A stretch of DNA of 63,997 bases, filler included, from Rhizaria sp. SCN 62-66 (lineage: Eukaryota): assembly GCA_001724265.1 (NCBI GenBank). It is 5 parts of 5 records of this genome, joined end to end, with 100 filler letters (N's around TTAATTAATTAA, not from the genome) between each part and the next. Parts side by side here need not be neighbours in the genome. Positions count along the whole stretch, not along the records: positions 28,642 to 42,667 come from MEDY01000514.1; positions 42,768 to 56,750 come from MEDY01000515.1; 3 more parts are not named here. One strand, written 5' to 3'. Made by a program: the position numbers and the translations under genes. The notes beneath the pieces were generated by a model. The model did not search any database. It was not told the DNA's origin and saw only the letters and a program-made list of their open reading frames with translations. Below are positions 37,363 to 48,400 of the stretch, piece after piece (the stretch's first letter is position 1; each line of letters begins with the position of its first letter).

Positions 37363-40156
37363 TTACTTGTAGAGCATCTTCTCGACCCTCTCTGCAATCG
37401 CGAGACTGGCCGTGAGCCCCGGCGACTCAATCCCCGCAAGCGTAACCACGCGCGGCAGCCCGTTCGCGCTTTCCTCGGCAACGACGAAGTCCGCCGCGGG
37501 CGCCCCGGGCGGGGACAGCTTGGCGCGGATACCGACGCTGCCTGGGACCAGCAGCTCACTGCCACTCTGGCTGACCTTATGAGTCGCACTGCCAGCATCA
37601 TAGCTAGAACTGGAACTAGAACTAGAGCTAGAGCTAGAGTGAGCGCTTGGACTCGGGGAGGCGTGTGTGAGAATGGGGAGATTGAGGTACTTTTTGATTG
37701 AAGCGGCGAATGCTGCCTGACTTTTCGCGCTGCGACTGTGGGCCCACACGCCCTTGGAATGGACCATGTCGTACCAGCCGCCGCTCACAGTCACCCGGGA
37801 GAGCGTGGCAAGCGGACTCTTGCTGAGCTGCTTCTCAGAAAACTTCTGATCACTCTTATGGCGACTGCTGCTGCTGCTGCTGCTGCTGCTGCTACTGCTC
37901 GTGGTGATGTCAACCACTGCGCAGTCGTCGCTTTCCAGAGCGTGAGATCTGTCGACACGAGCGTAGCGGTGAAGAGGCAGAGACTTACAAGAGTTGTGCT
38001 TGCTGCTCATCACACCCTCAAACGAAAACAGCGAGTCGTAATAGCCGCCGCCGTCAGCAGTACTGGAGTTGTTGTTGGTCTCGATATATTCGGCGTCGGG
38101 TCCGAAAGACACGATCATCTCGCCAGGCACGCGCGCGCTGGTGCCCGCTGCAACGGGCAGAGGCAGTGGCAGATGCGCGTTCTCAGCACTGCTATTACCG
38201 GCGGCAGTGGCGGCGACAACAGGGGGAGAAACGAGAGTGTGGACGCCGAGGCCGATGAAGTTGGGCAGAGGACACGGGTACACGAGAGTCGTCACAGGTA
38301 ATCCAGTACTCGAACTAGTGCCGGTGCTCGCGTCGGCATGAGAGCTCTTGTGAGCGTGCTTGTTAGCATGATTGCTCTTGCTACTGTCATCAGTCGTCTT
38401 TGCCGTTGCTGAAGCGACGGAAAGGTGGTTGTTCCACTGCCAGAACTCGCCGCGGCACCAGTATTGCTGATAACGTGCCGGCGACACACGCGTGGAATTC
38501 GTCACAGCAGCGCCCCCGTGGACCCCGCTGGCGTTTACCTTCTGCTGCGGAGTGAGGCCGCCGCGGAAGATCATCTCGGCCACGTCGTCGGCCCACAGGC
38601 CCGCGGCGTTGATCACGGCGCCCGCGCTCACGGTCACCACGCCCCCGCAGGCCGCAGTCGAGGCAACACCGCCTCTGCTCTGCGACTGAGACGGGACAGT
38701 GTTCACAGTGGTCTTGGCGGCCGCGCTCGCGACGGTCACCCCGGCGGCGCGGCTCACGGTCGCTACGTCGCACACAGTCGCCGTTGCGCCGACGGTGTGC
38801 GCGATGGTGACCACATACCGGCCCTGCGCGTGCTCATCCTTCTCACTCGCGAAGTCGTCGGCCTTGTCGGGGTACGTAACAGCGTCACTGGTCGTGGTGT
38901 AGTCGTACGAGTCGTCGCCGACCATCTCCGTTGTCGTCGCCGCCGCTGCGGCCGCCGCAGCCGCCGCCTCGGCCGCTTCTTTGGCGCGTGCCTGTGCGCT
39001 CACAGTCACCGCGGTGACTTCGTGGCCAGTAACCACGGTCGCACCCTGAGACAGCGCATCGGCTAAGTACTCCCGCGCGAGCTCTAAGGGGGAGATCACG
39101 CCCGTCTCCGGCAAGAACAGAGCGCCGCGGCAGCGGACTAAGGGCTCGCGCTCCGCAACGGACGCAGGGATCACTGGCTTGTTCACATTAACGCTCGAAC
39201 TAACACTGTTAATGTTGTCGAGGAGATGTGAAGTGGCGGGCAGCAAATGCGCAGGCACGCCGAGGGCATATGCCTTGGCGTACAGCAGGTCGAGAGTCGC
39301 ACAGTCGTCAGGGGAAGAGGACACGATCATCTTGCCGACCTTGCTAGAAAGTCATAAATGAGAACAAATATTAAGATCAAACAAATAAAAAGTATGAACA
39401 AAGATTAAAAAACATAGTTCGATTGTGTTTTCAAGTTACAATTCCTGGGGAGCTGTTTTCATCGAAATATAAATAAACTTCTACGATTGAAGCCTTGTTA
39501 TAAAATATCGACAGCACGTACGCATGCGGGATTCCCTTCTTGGCCGCGTACTCGTAGAGCAGCTCGCGCCCGCGCAGGCAAAGCTCCGTCTTGAGTGAGT
39601 CTATGGGGTAATACACGCCGCTGTGGACGACGCCGCTGTTGCGCGCCGAGGTCCCGCTCGCGACCGTGGGCGCGCGTTCCAGCACGAGAGTGGGACCGTG
39701 GGGCGCCAGCGCGCGGGCCACCGCGAGGCCGACGACGCCACCGCCGATCACCACGTGCGCGTAGTGCGGCTGCAGCGGGACGATTACTGCGGCAGCTGCA
39801 GCCGCCGTCACTGATGTTGTTGCTGCTGTCGGCGTCGTTGCTGCTGCGGTCGCGGCAGTCGTCTCGCGCGCTTGTGGAGGATTGACTGGTAAGCTTACGT
39901 CAGTCGGGGCAGAAGGCGTGCGGGGGCGACGAGGGAGGCGGGCCGCAGCTGCGGCACTGTTGCTGTCAGTGGTGCTCTGCTTCTGCTGCTGCGGCTGCTT
40001 CGGATGCTGTTGCTTCTGCTGCGGCTTGGAATTAGAGTGTGGTTGTTTTGGTGACTTACGGGTCAGGTCGGTGATCGTCGCGAAGCCAGGGGCCGCTGTG
40101 AGAGACAGCGGCGCAGCATTAAGTGGCGCACGGAGCGGGGTAAAGCGGCGAAGCAT
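37363..40156 (-). CDS. L2HGDH: L-2-hydroxyglutarate dehydrogenase (FAD-dependent, mitochondrial-type presequence), about 871 aa; join(40156..39522,39343..37363)
   Basis: Motifs [57 protein letters not shown]...LGVH, FGPDAEY, GIRAKL and [15 protein letters not shown]. It ends in TAA. Confidence 0.92.
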
Positions 40157-40676
40157 GTTAAGCGTGCCTCAAGCAAATCTAAGAAGAGACAGAAAGTATC
40201 AAAAGGAGGCTGCCACGTGCACGAACGAGCCTGCTGGGAGGTTCAAAATAAAGACTCTGTCCAGAAGCAAATATTGGGTGTACACAAATTTTGAAAATGT
40301 TAAGTACATCTAAACCTCATGATAAAATGATTCATCGTAGTTATAACGTATTTGACGATGATTCTTTTGTCATTTGGTAAATTTTTGTTCTCGTCAAATT
40401 GATTCAATCTCCGAGAGCCGTTGAGCGATTGCGATCCCGCATAAATCCAACAATAGCATCATTAAATCAACAGAATAAACAGCAGTGGATATAAAACCAT
40501 GGCAGAATAGAAATTGAAGTTGCTTTGTATGTATTTAACGCGTCTACCTCACTCCTTGAGTCAAGAAGCGCGCGTATCTTGTACTTTCTTTTTCCCCTAC
40601 ACAGGATAAAGCCACCATCGAACATGTTTGTTTTCCCTACCTAACTTATCTCTCAATACTTCAGCCTCCACTCACT

Positions 40677-42027
40677 TCACTGCACGTACACCGCAACGTC
40701 ATCGACGGCCCACGAGGCCGCGCACGCCGATGCGCCCGCCAGCTCTGCGCCGAAGCTGACGAGGACGTCGCTGGCATCATGGGCAAGCTCGAACGACACG
40801 GTCTGGCTCATCTTGTCGGGGAACTTGTTGTCGCCGCACGAGTCGACGCCGCGGCAGAAGGACGAGAACGCCTTGGTGCAGTACGCGTGCGACTGCTGCC
40901 ACGCGATACCGCCGTTGGCGCGCGCGTAAGCGTACTCACCGCGCCAGGCGTCGATGAAGTGCACGCGGGCGGTGACGCGGATGCGGGTGTGCGCAGGCAA
41001 GTTAATAAACCGCTTGCCGACCTCGAGGGTCGCGAAAGAGCAGTAGCCGCCGAGGTGGAGATCGGGGGAGCCGTTGCAGCCCTGGCGCTTGTCCGAGACC
41101 GAGGTCGCGGTGAGGTTGGCGCCGTCCTTGGTCGTCACGAACCAACCCTACGGAAAGAGAAAAGGAGACAAGGAAGGTAACATCGGAGAATGAAGACATG
41201 AGAATTTAGTCACAAGATGTTAGACTGAAAGCATGAACGCACGTCTGAATATTCAAAATCACATAATTCAACTAAATGTTGAGTTTGGTGTTACTAGGAT
41301 AAGATATAGCGCCGCAAAGCTCTGGGCGATGTTTAGGTCAGCAAAGTCAAGGGAGACGAACCTGGGAAGTCTGGGGCGTATTGAAGTCGTCGAGAGCCCA
41401 CAGCGCCCACTGACGGACGCCAGCAATGGCGAGGTTGCCGCTTGGCGCGGTGTGCTGCGCGGCGGCGGCGGCGCCCGGGACGCGGGAGCCATGGACGTTG
41501 AGCGCGACCGAGGCGTCGAGCGCGCGGGCCTTCAGGGTGCCCTCGTACACGGGGGCGGTCGCGACGCCGCGGGCGACGGTGCCGTGTTCGGGGGTCAGCG
41601 AGCCTGGAGTTTCAATGTAGTAGACGCAGAGTGCAAGGGAGTGCAGAAAGAAGCAGGGCGGAATAGGGCGAGAATGGGGCAGGAGAACGGGTGTGAGAAG
41701 GGGGGCGAGATGAGAGCAAGAAAAAAGGGATGGAAGGGGGGACTTCAAGGGGTTCATGGAGGGGGTAAAAGAGACGGGATAGAACGTACGGGGGCCGAAC
41801 TTAGTCTCTTCGGGGACGGAAATCTCGGCAACAGTAGTGGAAGCACCATTGTTGACGATGAACGTCCCGTTGCGGGTGTGGGAAACGTAGGCAACAGAGT
41901 GGAACTGGGACTGGAAGCCTGCAAAGCCACTGTCCTTATATCCCACAAACACCGTCTGTGGATCACCAGCAAGCACCGCAAGAGCTGCACTGAGCAGCAC
42001 AAGCGTTACACCAATTAGTGTGACCAT
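40677..42027 (-). CDS. Secreted Cys/Trp-containing protein, about 316 aa; join(42027..41790,41603..41362,41147..40677)
   Basis: Signal peptide MVTLIGVTLVLLSAALAVLA. C-terminal domain GVRQWALWALDDF..GW..C..LGGYC..LPAHTRIRVTARVHFIDAWRGE..SWAVDDVAVYV. Two phase-consistent introns; ends in TGA. Confidence 0.8.
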
Positions 42028-42236
42028 CTGCGGAACTTCAAAGACGCTCTCAATTAAAATCAACTCTCGTCTCCCTCGGTCCAAAGGGGGTTGGTTGGCT
42101 TCTTGCTGGGTTAGCGGTCGGTTCTGAAAAACAACTGCGGCTAAAAAGTCTAGCCGGACCCGGTCTGGGGTTTGCGTGAAGACCAGTGGGCCGACGAAAA
42201 ATGATTCTTGTTCAACAGGAAGTTTGATTTAACGCC
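42028..42236. promoter_or_regulatory. Short divergent intergenic region, candidate bidirectional promoter
   Basis: Only 209 nt separate the head-to-head start codons at 42027 (-) and 42237 (+). No specific motif is assigned. Confidence 0.45.
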
Positions 42237-42667
42237 ATGGGCAAGGTACGTCGTAATCCTTTCTGCTATTTTCACCTTTTTACATTCCTGCGCGCGTTGC
42301 TCGGGCACACTGCGGTGTGTAATCCCCCTTCTTGGTCCGCCGAGCTAAGGTTGCACCCCGATCCCAGTCACCGCGTCCACTCCCGCGCGCTGTGCGGCTC
42401 CCCACGCGGGTGTTTACGCCTATCACCTCCACAAACATCTCCCTTCCCTCTCTCACCATATCCCGCCTCTCTCTTTTCCTTTCCTTGCGCGTCCTTTTTC
42501 CCCCACGCACTGTCCCATGCCCCGACTGCCTGCCCCCCGTCTGCCCCCCTGTCGTCTCCTCGCCCGTGTTTAGGACTACCGTAACAAGAGCAAGACCGCT
42601 CAGCGCCCCAAGATGCTTTGGGTGCGTGAGCGCCTCGACCGCGAGCTCCAGCTCGTCGGCAAGTACG
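42237..42667 (+). CDS. RPS9: 40S ribosomal protein S9 (uS4), 5' part; join(42237..42245,42574..42667)
   Basis: MGK|DYRNKSKTAQRPKMLWVRERLDRELQLVGKYG matches the uS4 N-terminus (YRN.SKT...P.....ERLD.ELKL.G.YG). The intron is AAG|GTACGT..TTTAG, and the gene is cut by the gap. Confidence 0.88.
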
Positions 42668-42767
42668 NNNNNNNNNNNNNNNNNNNNNNNNNNNNNNNNN
42701 NNNNNNNNNNNTTAATTAATTAANNNNNNNNNNNNNNNNNNNNNNNNNNNNNNNNNNNNNNNNNNNN
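42668..42767. other. Artificial contig linker
   Basis: N44-TTAATTAATTAA-N44. Confidence 0.97.
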
Positions 42768-42768
42768 G

Positions 42769-43272
42769 GGGACGGCAACAAGTGTACGTGTGCCCAAGAG
42801 AGCGTATGTGCGGCGCGTGATCCGCGTCGCTAAGCAGACGTTTCATGAAGGTGATACCAAGGTGAACGCTGCGCGACTCGCGGCCGAGCTAGAGGTGGCG
42901 AAGGACAAATATGAAACTAAAAAAGCGGCGCTCAATGAGCTCAAGAAGCGCATAAAAGTGCTGCAACACACGGTAAATGCGCTGTTCGTCCCGAGGGCGC
43001 TCGCCCCTGACATTGCAGACATAGCTTAGTCGGGCTTGAGCCACTACGTCACGTTCGCGAACCACGCGTTTTCACCTCTGCGCTACAGAGAGGCAGTCGA
43101 GATCTTTAACCTTAAGACTAAGCGCGCGTACGACGCGCCCTTAGCAGAGCGGCTAAACGTCGTCGCCAAGGAACTAACAGATTTAAAAAAAAAAGGAGAA
43201 CGAGGAAACAGCAAGATGTATTCTTTGAGTATACATTTCGCGCATGATACTGAGTACTAGTATAGATACTAA
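42769..43272 (+). CDS. 3' part of an unknown coiled-coil protein with in-frame TAG
   Basis: Track ORFs 42790-43029 and 43036-43260 share a frame and are separated only by TAG 43027-43029. A second TAG is at 43258 and TAA at 43270. The exact 3' end is uncertain because of an A-run near 43185. Confidence 0.55.
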
Positions 43273-43967
43273 TACATTGCTGCGCGGTTGACCTGTGTTT
43301 CGTTTGGTAGTACAGAGTTCGTTTGTGCGTCATGACATAAACCGCTGTGGAAACGGAGGAACAGTAACAGTACAGTCAGATTCAGAGAAGAGTCAAGAAA
43401 GGCAACAAGCAAAGCATGGAACAGTGTAGTCGCTGTCTCGTATTGAAATTGAAGCTTGAAAAATCAGCTTTGTCACGTGGTGGTGCTGTTTACATGCCAT
43501 AGTCACGGAGACTATGCTCTCGGGTTGATACGTTCTTTTCATCATCAGAGTTAGTTTGTGATCGTGCTTGCTTTGCTATATGTTACTCTCGCTGTCTGCT
43601 TGATTACAAACGCGTGCACATCTGAAACGCAACTACATTGTTTTTGGAATGCAGATGCAGATGAAGTAGTTTGTTAAAAAAATGATTTTAAGGATTCACA
43701 TAATCCAGCCGAAGTTATGACAAAATCGCAAAAGGATTCACAAAAGTATTACAGAGTAAAAAAGGAAACACGTTCTTAGAAACAAATAAATGAGGAACAA
43801 GAACTTAATCAATCAAAAGAAAAATCACACGTAACATCATCAATCACAAAGACAGTCACTCACAAAGGAAACAATCGCAGTCAGTGTGTGAGATCATGAA
43901 GCTAACATCGCCCCCTTTTGCGTCGCGTGAGGCTTTCCATGCGTTATGCCGTAGTTGTACGCGTTGC

Positions 43968-44614
43968 TTACGCGCGCTTGGAGAAGTCGATCTTGGCGAC
44001 CTCCTCGTGGACCTTCTTCATGTCGATCTCGAGGTCCTTGATAGAGGCCTCGATGGCGGCCGAGACCTGCTTAAGCTGTCCATCCTTGATGCTGAGCAGA
44101 CGGAGGAGGACCTCGTCGACAGCGCTCTCGATGTTGGTGGCGTTGAAGTTCTCGAGGCCGGCGATGACCTGTCGAGAGAGTGAAAGAATAAATATGGGAT
44201 AAAGGAATTTGTGAGTCAAAAGCGTTGAGATGATTTTAAGCATAAACCCAATTACACAGAACACAAATGAAATCAGCTTCGAGTTGAGTATTAGTGTCGC
44301 TAAATCTTGTTAGAACGCACCTGGATGACCTGCTCGGCGGGGGACTTGAGGTCGGCGGGGGAGGCATCGGGCTTGACCTCCTTGAGGGCCTCGATGATGT
44401 GCGCGCGCAGGTCAGCGACAACCTCAGGGAGACCGTCGTTGGCGTTGGCGGCGGCAGCGGCTTCCTCGGCGGTCACGGCGGGAGCGGCCTCAGCGTGCTC
44501 ACCATGCTCAGCAGCGCCGTCCTTGTGCTCGTGTTTCTGGTCCTTGTGCTCGGCGGGAACGACGGCCTTGTCGTCGACGGTGTTGCCTGTAGCAGTAGAA
44601 GCGCCGCAGCCCAT
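43968..44614 (-). CDS. Small helical protein with an N-myristoylation/palmitoylation motif (MGCGAS), about 164 aa; join(44614..44321,44168..43968)
   Basis: MGCGAST N-terminus, intron CAG|GTGCGT..CGACAG in phase 0, strongly biased codons, TAA end. Confidence 0.82.
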
Positions 44615-45470
44615 GGTGTGTTGTGTCTTACTGCGTGAGGGTGACGATGAGCAAGAGAGAAGAGGAGTGCGTGGTGAATGGGGTTGGTGACTCGAGTAAC
44701 GGTTTGCTGGGAAGGTCTATCTTGGCAACACGACTCATAAAACGTGCATATGGCGGAGTTACAAATACTCTTTGAATTAGAATAGTTGTCTTTCTCCAGT
44801 CGTATTAAGACAGATTCTCCTTCGAATGAGCTTGTCGTGCAGGAGAGCAGTGGTAAAAGTGACGCATGCCGTTCCAGGGTGGTATTACGTCGCTCTCACG
44901 TTTAGCTGCATACAGCCCTATCCTCACTTTGGCATGGCGTCACAAATACAGAATATGTGTGAAAATAGAAAATCTACCTTAAAAATTCTCTCGCACTCGC
45001 TTTCACGTTGATTTTCCTGCTTTTTTATGCTTCGCTTTCCCGCCCTATGCCAATCAAACCGTTTTCAGGTGGGACGGGGCATGGTTCGCAAAAAATCGTT
45101 TTGTCGACTGACTGATCTCGATCGAGAAGCGATTCGTAAAAGAACAACGGCAGTAGACATCGTCTGACAATAGCGTTATAATTTTGTATATATATGCTAA
45201 ATTCATTTTTTGCGATATATGCTGCTTTAGCGGTATTGGAATACTCTACTCTGCGTGTGTGGCGACGGCTTTCGTCAGCCACTCTCCCAAGTCTCCGGCC
45301 CTTCGTGTCCCACTTCCCCGTCCTGCGCTCACACATCAACCCTTCCATCCACCGACGTATATCGCCCGCCGCTGCAACAGCAAGCACTTGTACAACAAGC
45401 TCCGCGTGCTTTTAGTTCCTCAACCTTCCCGCAAGGCCTTCTAAACTCAAGGCAAAGGACACCCAGTCCG

Positions 45471-48400
45471 ATGTTTGCACTGACTCCCAACACCGCTGTC
45501 GCAGCCGCCGCAGCCCCCGCAGCCGCCTCTGCTGCCCACGCCGCCACCACTGCGCCCATGTCAGACTTCGACCCTGCCTCTGCGTTGCCGCTTTCCGCTG
45601 AGAACCTCTCCTCACTGGCTCTGCTCGCCGCTGAGCACGCGCAGGCCGAGGTCGCCGCCACCCTCCCCTCCCTCTCCGCCGCCGCCGCCGCGGCCCCCGG
45701 CCAGCTCGTCGCGCTGGCCTCCTCCGCCGTCCCCGCGTTCGACGCCGTCGCCGCCGCGTTTGCCGCGCAGATTGCCGGCGAGTCGCGACTCGACGTCCGC
45801 GCCGCGCTCGCTCAGGCCTTTGCGTCGCTGCTCTCGCGCGTCCTGCTCCCCTCCCCGCGCAATGTACGTGACTATACTATAGAAGCACTTAATTATCAGA
45901 TATAAGTCTTAAAATCGGCAAGGTGTTTATCAATGTCATTTTATTATCTATACGTAAACTTATTTCTCTACTTTACGCATATCTCATATCTATATCTTCT
46001 CTTGATGTTACTCTTATTGATTTTTACTTTTCTTTTCAGCCCGCACCGCCGCTGGAGCTGCCCGCGTCGTCGCTGACGTCCTTGGCCTCGGCGCTGCTGG
46101 CGCGACTTCACGACACGGCGGCGCACCGCCAGACGCTCGACTCACTGCGCTCCCTGTGCCTCTCGCCGTCGCTGCCGCGCGCACCCGCCGCGCTGGCGCT
46201 GCGTCTGGCGCGGGCGCTGGTGCGGCGCCATCCGACGCCCGTGGTGGCGTCGTTGCCGCAGCCGTCGCGCCGCGCGCTGCAGGACTCGCTCACGCATCTC
46301 GTCCTCGCGCACCCGGGCCCGCTCCTTGCATCGGCCTTTGCGCGCGCCGGGCAAGAGCTGGAGCCGCTGTCGCAGTCACCGTCAAAATCGAGTGAGCCTG
46401 GCGAGTTGAGCGGCGTGTACGGGGCCGGCGCGCCCGTGCTGCGCGGCGTCTGTGCCTTTGTCGACAGCGAAAAGGATCCCCGCAACCTGTTGGGCTGCTT
46501 CGATCTGTGCACATTGGTGCTGCAGACGGCGCCGGATGACTTATTGGTGCCCTTTTTGGTCGAGATCTTTGAGAACATTAGCTGCTTCTTCCCAATCACA
46601 TTCTCAAGCTCCTCTTCCGTACGTTTACTAAACAAAGCTATAATGCACTTTTCAGCACTTGATGAGTTGAATTTAAATTTCTATCATCGATTAATACGAT
46701 GTTAAAGTAGTATAGGGTAGAAGCTACCCTATACTACTTTAAATCTTACTGCGAGTCTATATATTTGTACAACTCATCAATCTCATCGATATATCCTTCT
46801 ATCTGCTTCCTCTCCTTAGAACTCCCGCGCCGCTGCCGCCGCTGCCAACGCCAGCACCGACGGCTCCCCCGAGCGCCTCCGCGACGCCCTCCGTGCCGCC
46901 CTGACCGCAACCCCGCTCTTGGCGCCTTATGTCGTGCCGTTTCTGACGGACAAGATGTCGTCCGGGTCCCCCACGGTCAAGGCAGAGTGCCTGGTCACTC
47001 TGCGCGCCTGCGCCGCCGCGTTTGGGGGCGAGGTGCTCGCCGCGCTTAGCCACCCCGCCCCGCTCCGGGAGGTCCTCCGGCTGCGGGCGCAGGGCCGCGC
47101 GGCAGGAAACCCGGGCTCGCTGCCGGTGCAGAGGCTGGGCGCGCGGGCGGCGCTGCTGCCGGTCTCCGTCGCCGTGCCCGCCGGCAACATCATCGCGCCC
47201 TCGCTGTACCGCAGCGGCGAGAGCGCCACCAGCACTAGTGATGTGGACGCGCTGCTGCAGGCGAGCGACCCCCTTGCACTCGCCTCCGGCCGCCTGACTG
47301 CGCCCGCCGCCGCTGCCGCCGGGCGCGCGCTGCGGCACCTAGACCGCGCGCTGCGGCCATTACACGAGGCGCTCACGGTCAGTGGCCGCGACGAAACGTA
47401 CGAGAGCATGGTCGGTGACGCCACCGCGGGCGGCTATGAAGGCCAGCCGGAGACTGAGGCGGACGCGGCCGCGGTCGCCGCCAAGGTCCAGTCACCCTGG
47501 AGTCTCCACGCGAGCTCTAGCTCTAGCTCCAGTATCGATGCATCCGAAGCTGCAGCTGCTGCTTTGACGTGTGAAGACGCGTCTTTAGGACAGGTGCAGT
47601 GCGCAGCGGCGGACGCGAGCGACGCCAAGGCGTGGCAGCGCTGTTACGACTGCGACGAGTCGCCCGAGCCCGTGACGCTGCCCGAGCTGTGGCAGGCGCT
47701 GCGCCGCGAGGCCGTGTTCAGCACTGACGACGCAGTCACGGCGCAAGGCGTGCTGACGCTGCGGGCCGTCACAGCGGCGTTGTACCCCGACTGCGAGGCC
47801 GGGCTCTGGCCCCTCGTCCCCCAGTCAAGCAAGGCGGCCAGCGCGGCCAAGTCTGGCGGGTGTGGCAGCGGCGCCGGCGGCTGTGGCTCTGGCGCTGGCG
47901 CTGGCGCTGGTGGCTGTTGTGGCGGCGCCGGCAAGAGCGCGAGTGCGACCGACTCCGAGGGCGGCGGCTGCTGCAAGACGACCAAGGGCGGCGAGCAAAA
48001 GAAGGACAAGAAGGTCTCCGCTGCCGCTGACTCTGGTTGCTGCGGAGGCTCTGGCTCTGGTTCTAGCTCTAGCGCCAACGACAGCGGCTGCTGCGGCGGC
48101 AGCAGCAAGCAAGAGGAGGGTTGCAACGATCAAGAGGAAGAGGAAGATGAGCAGGAGCAAAGCGGCGGCTGCTGCGGCGGCGGCGGCTGCGGCAGCAAAA
48201 AAGCCTCCAAGAAGGAGACCGGCAAGGGCCTGCTCTCGGCGTCTTCGTTCGCCGCCGCCTCGGCGTTCACGCTGCCGCGCTCGCCCAAGGCCGAGGCCTT
48301 CCTGCTGCCCCTGCTGTCGGACTGCGTGGCCGAGCTTCGCGTGCCCGACGCGCGCCTGGCCCGCTCGCACGCGCGCGCGCTGGTATTGGGCCCGCTTGCG

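Noticed and set aside
41604-41789. Continuous coding through ORF 41347-42084
   Set aside because: The 186-nt pyrimidine-rich stretch is bounded by GTACGT and CAG. It is an intron that happens to be a stop-free multiple of three.
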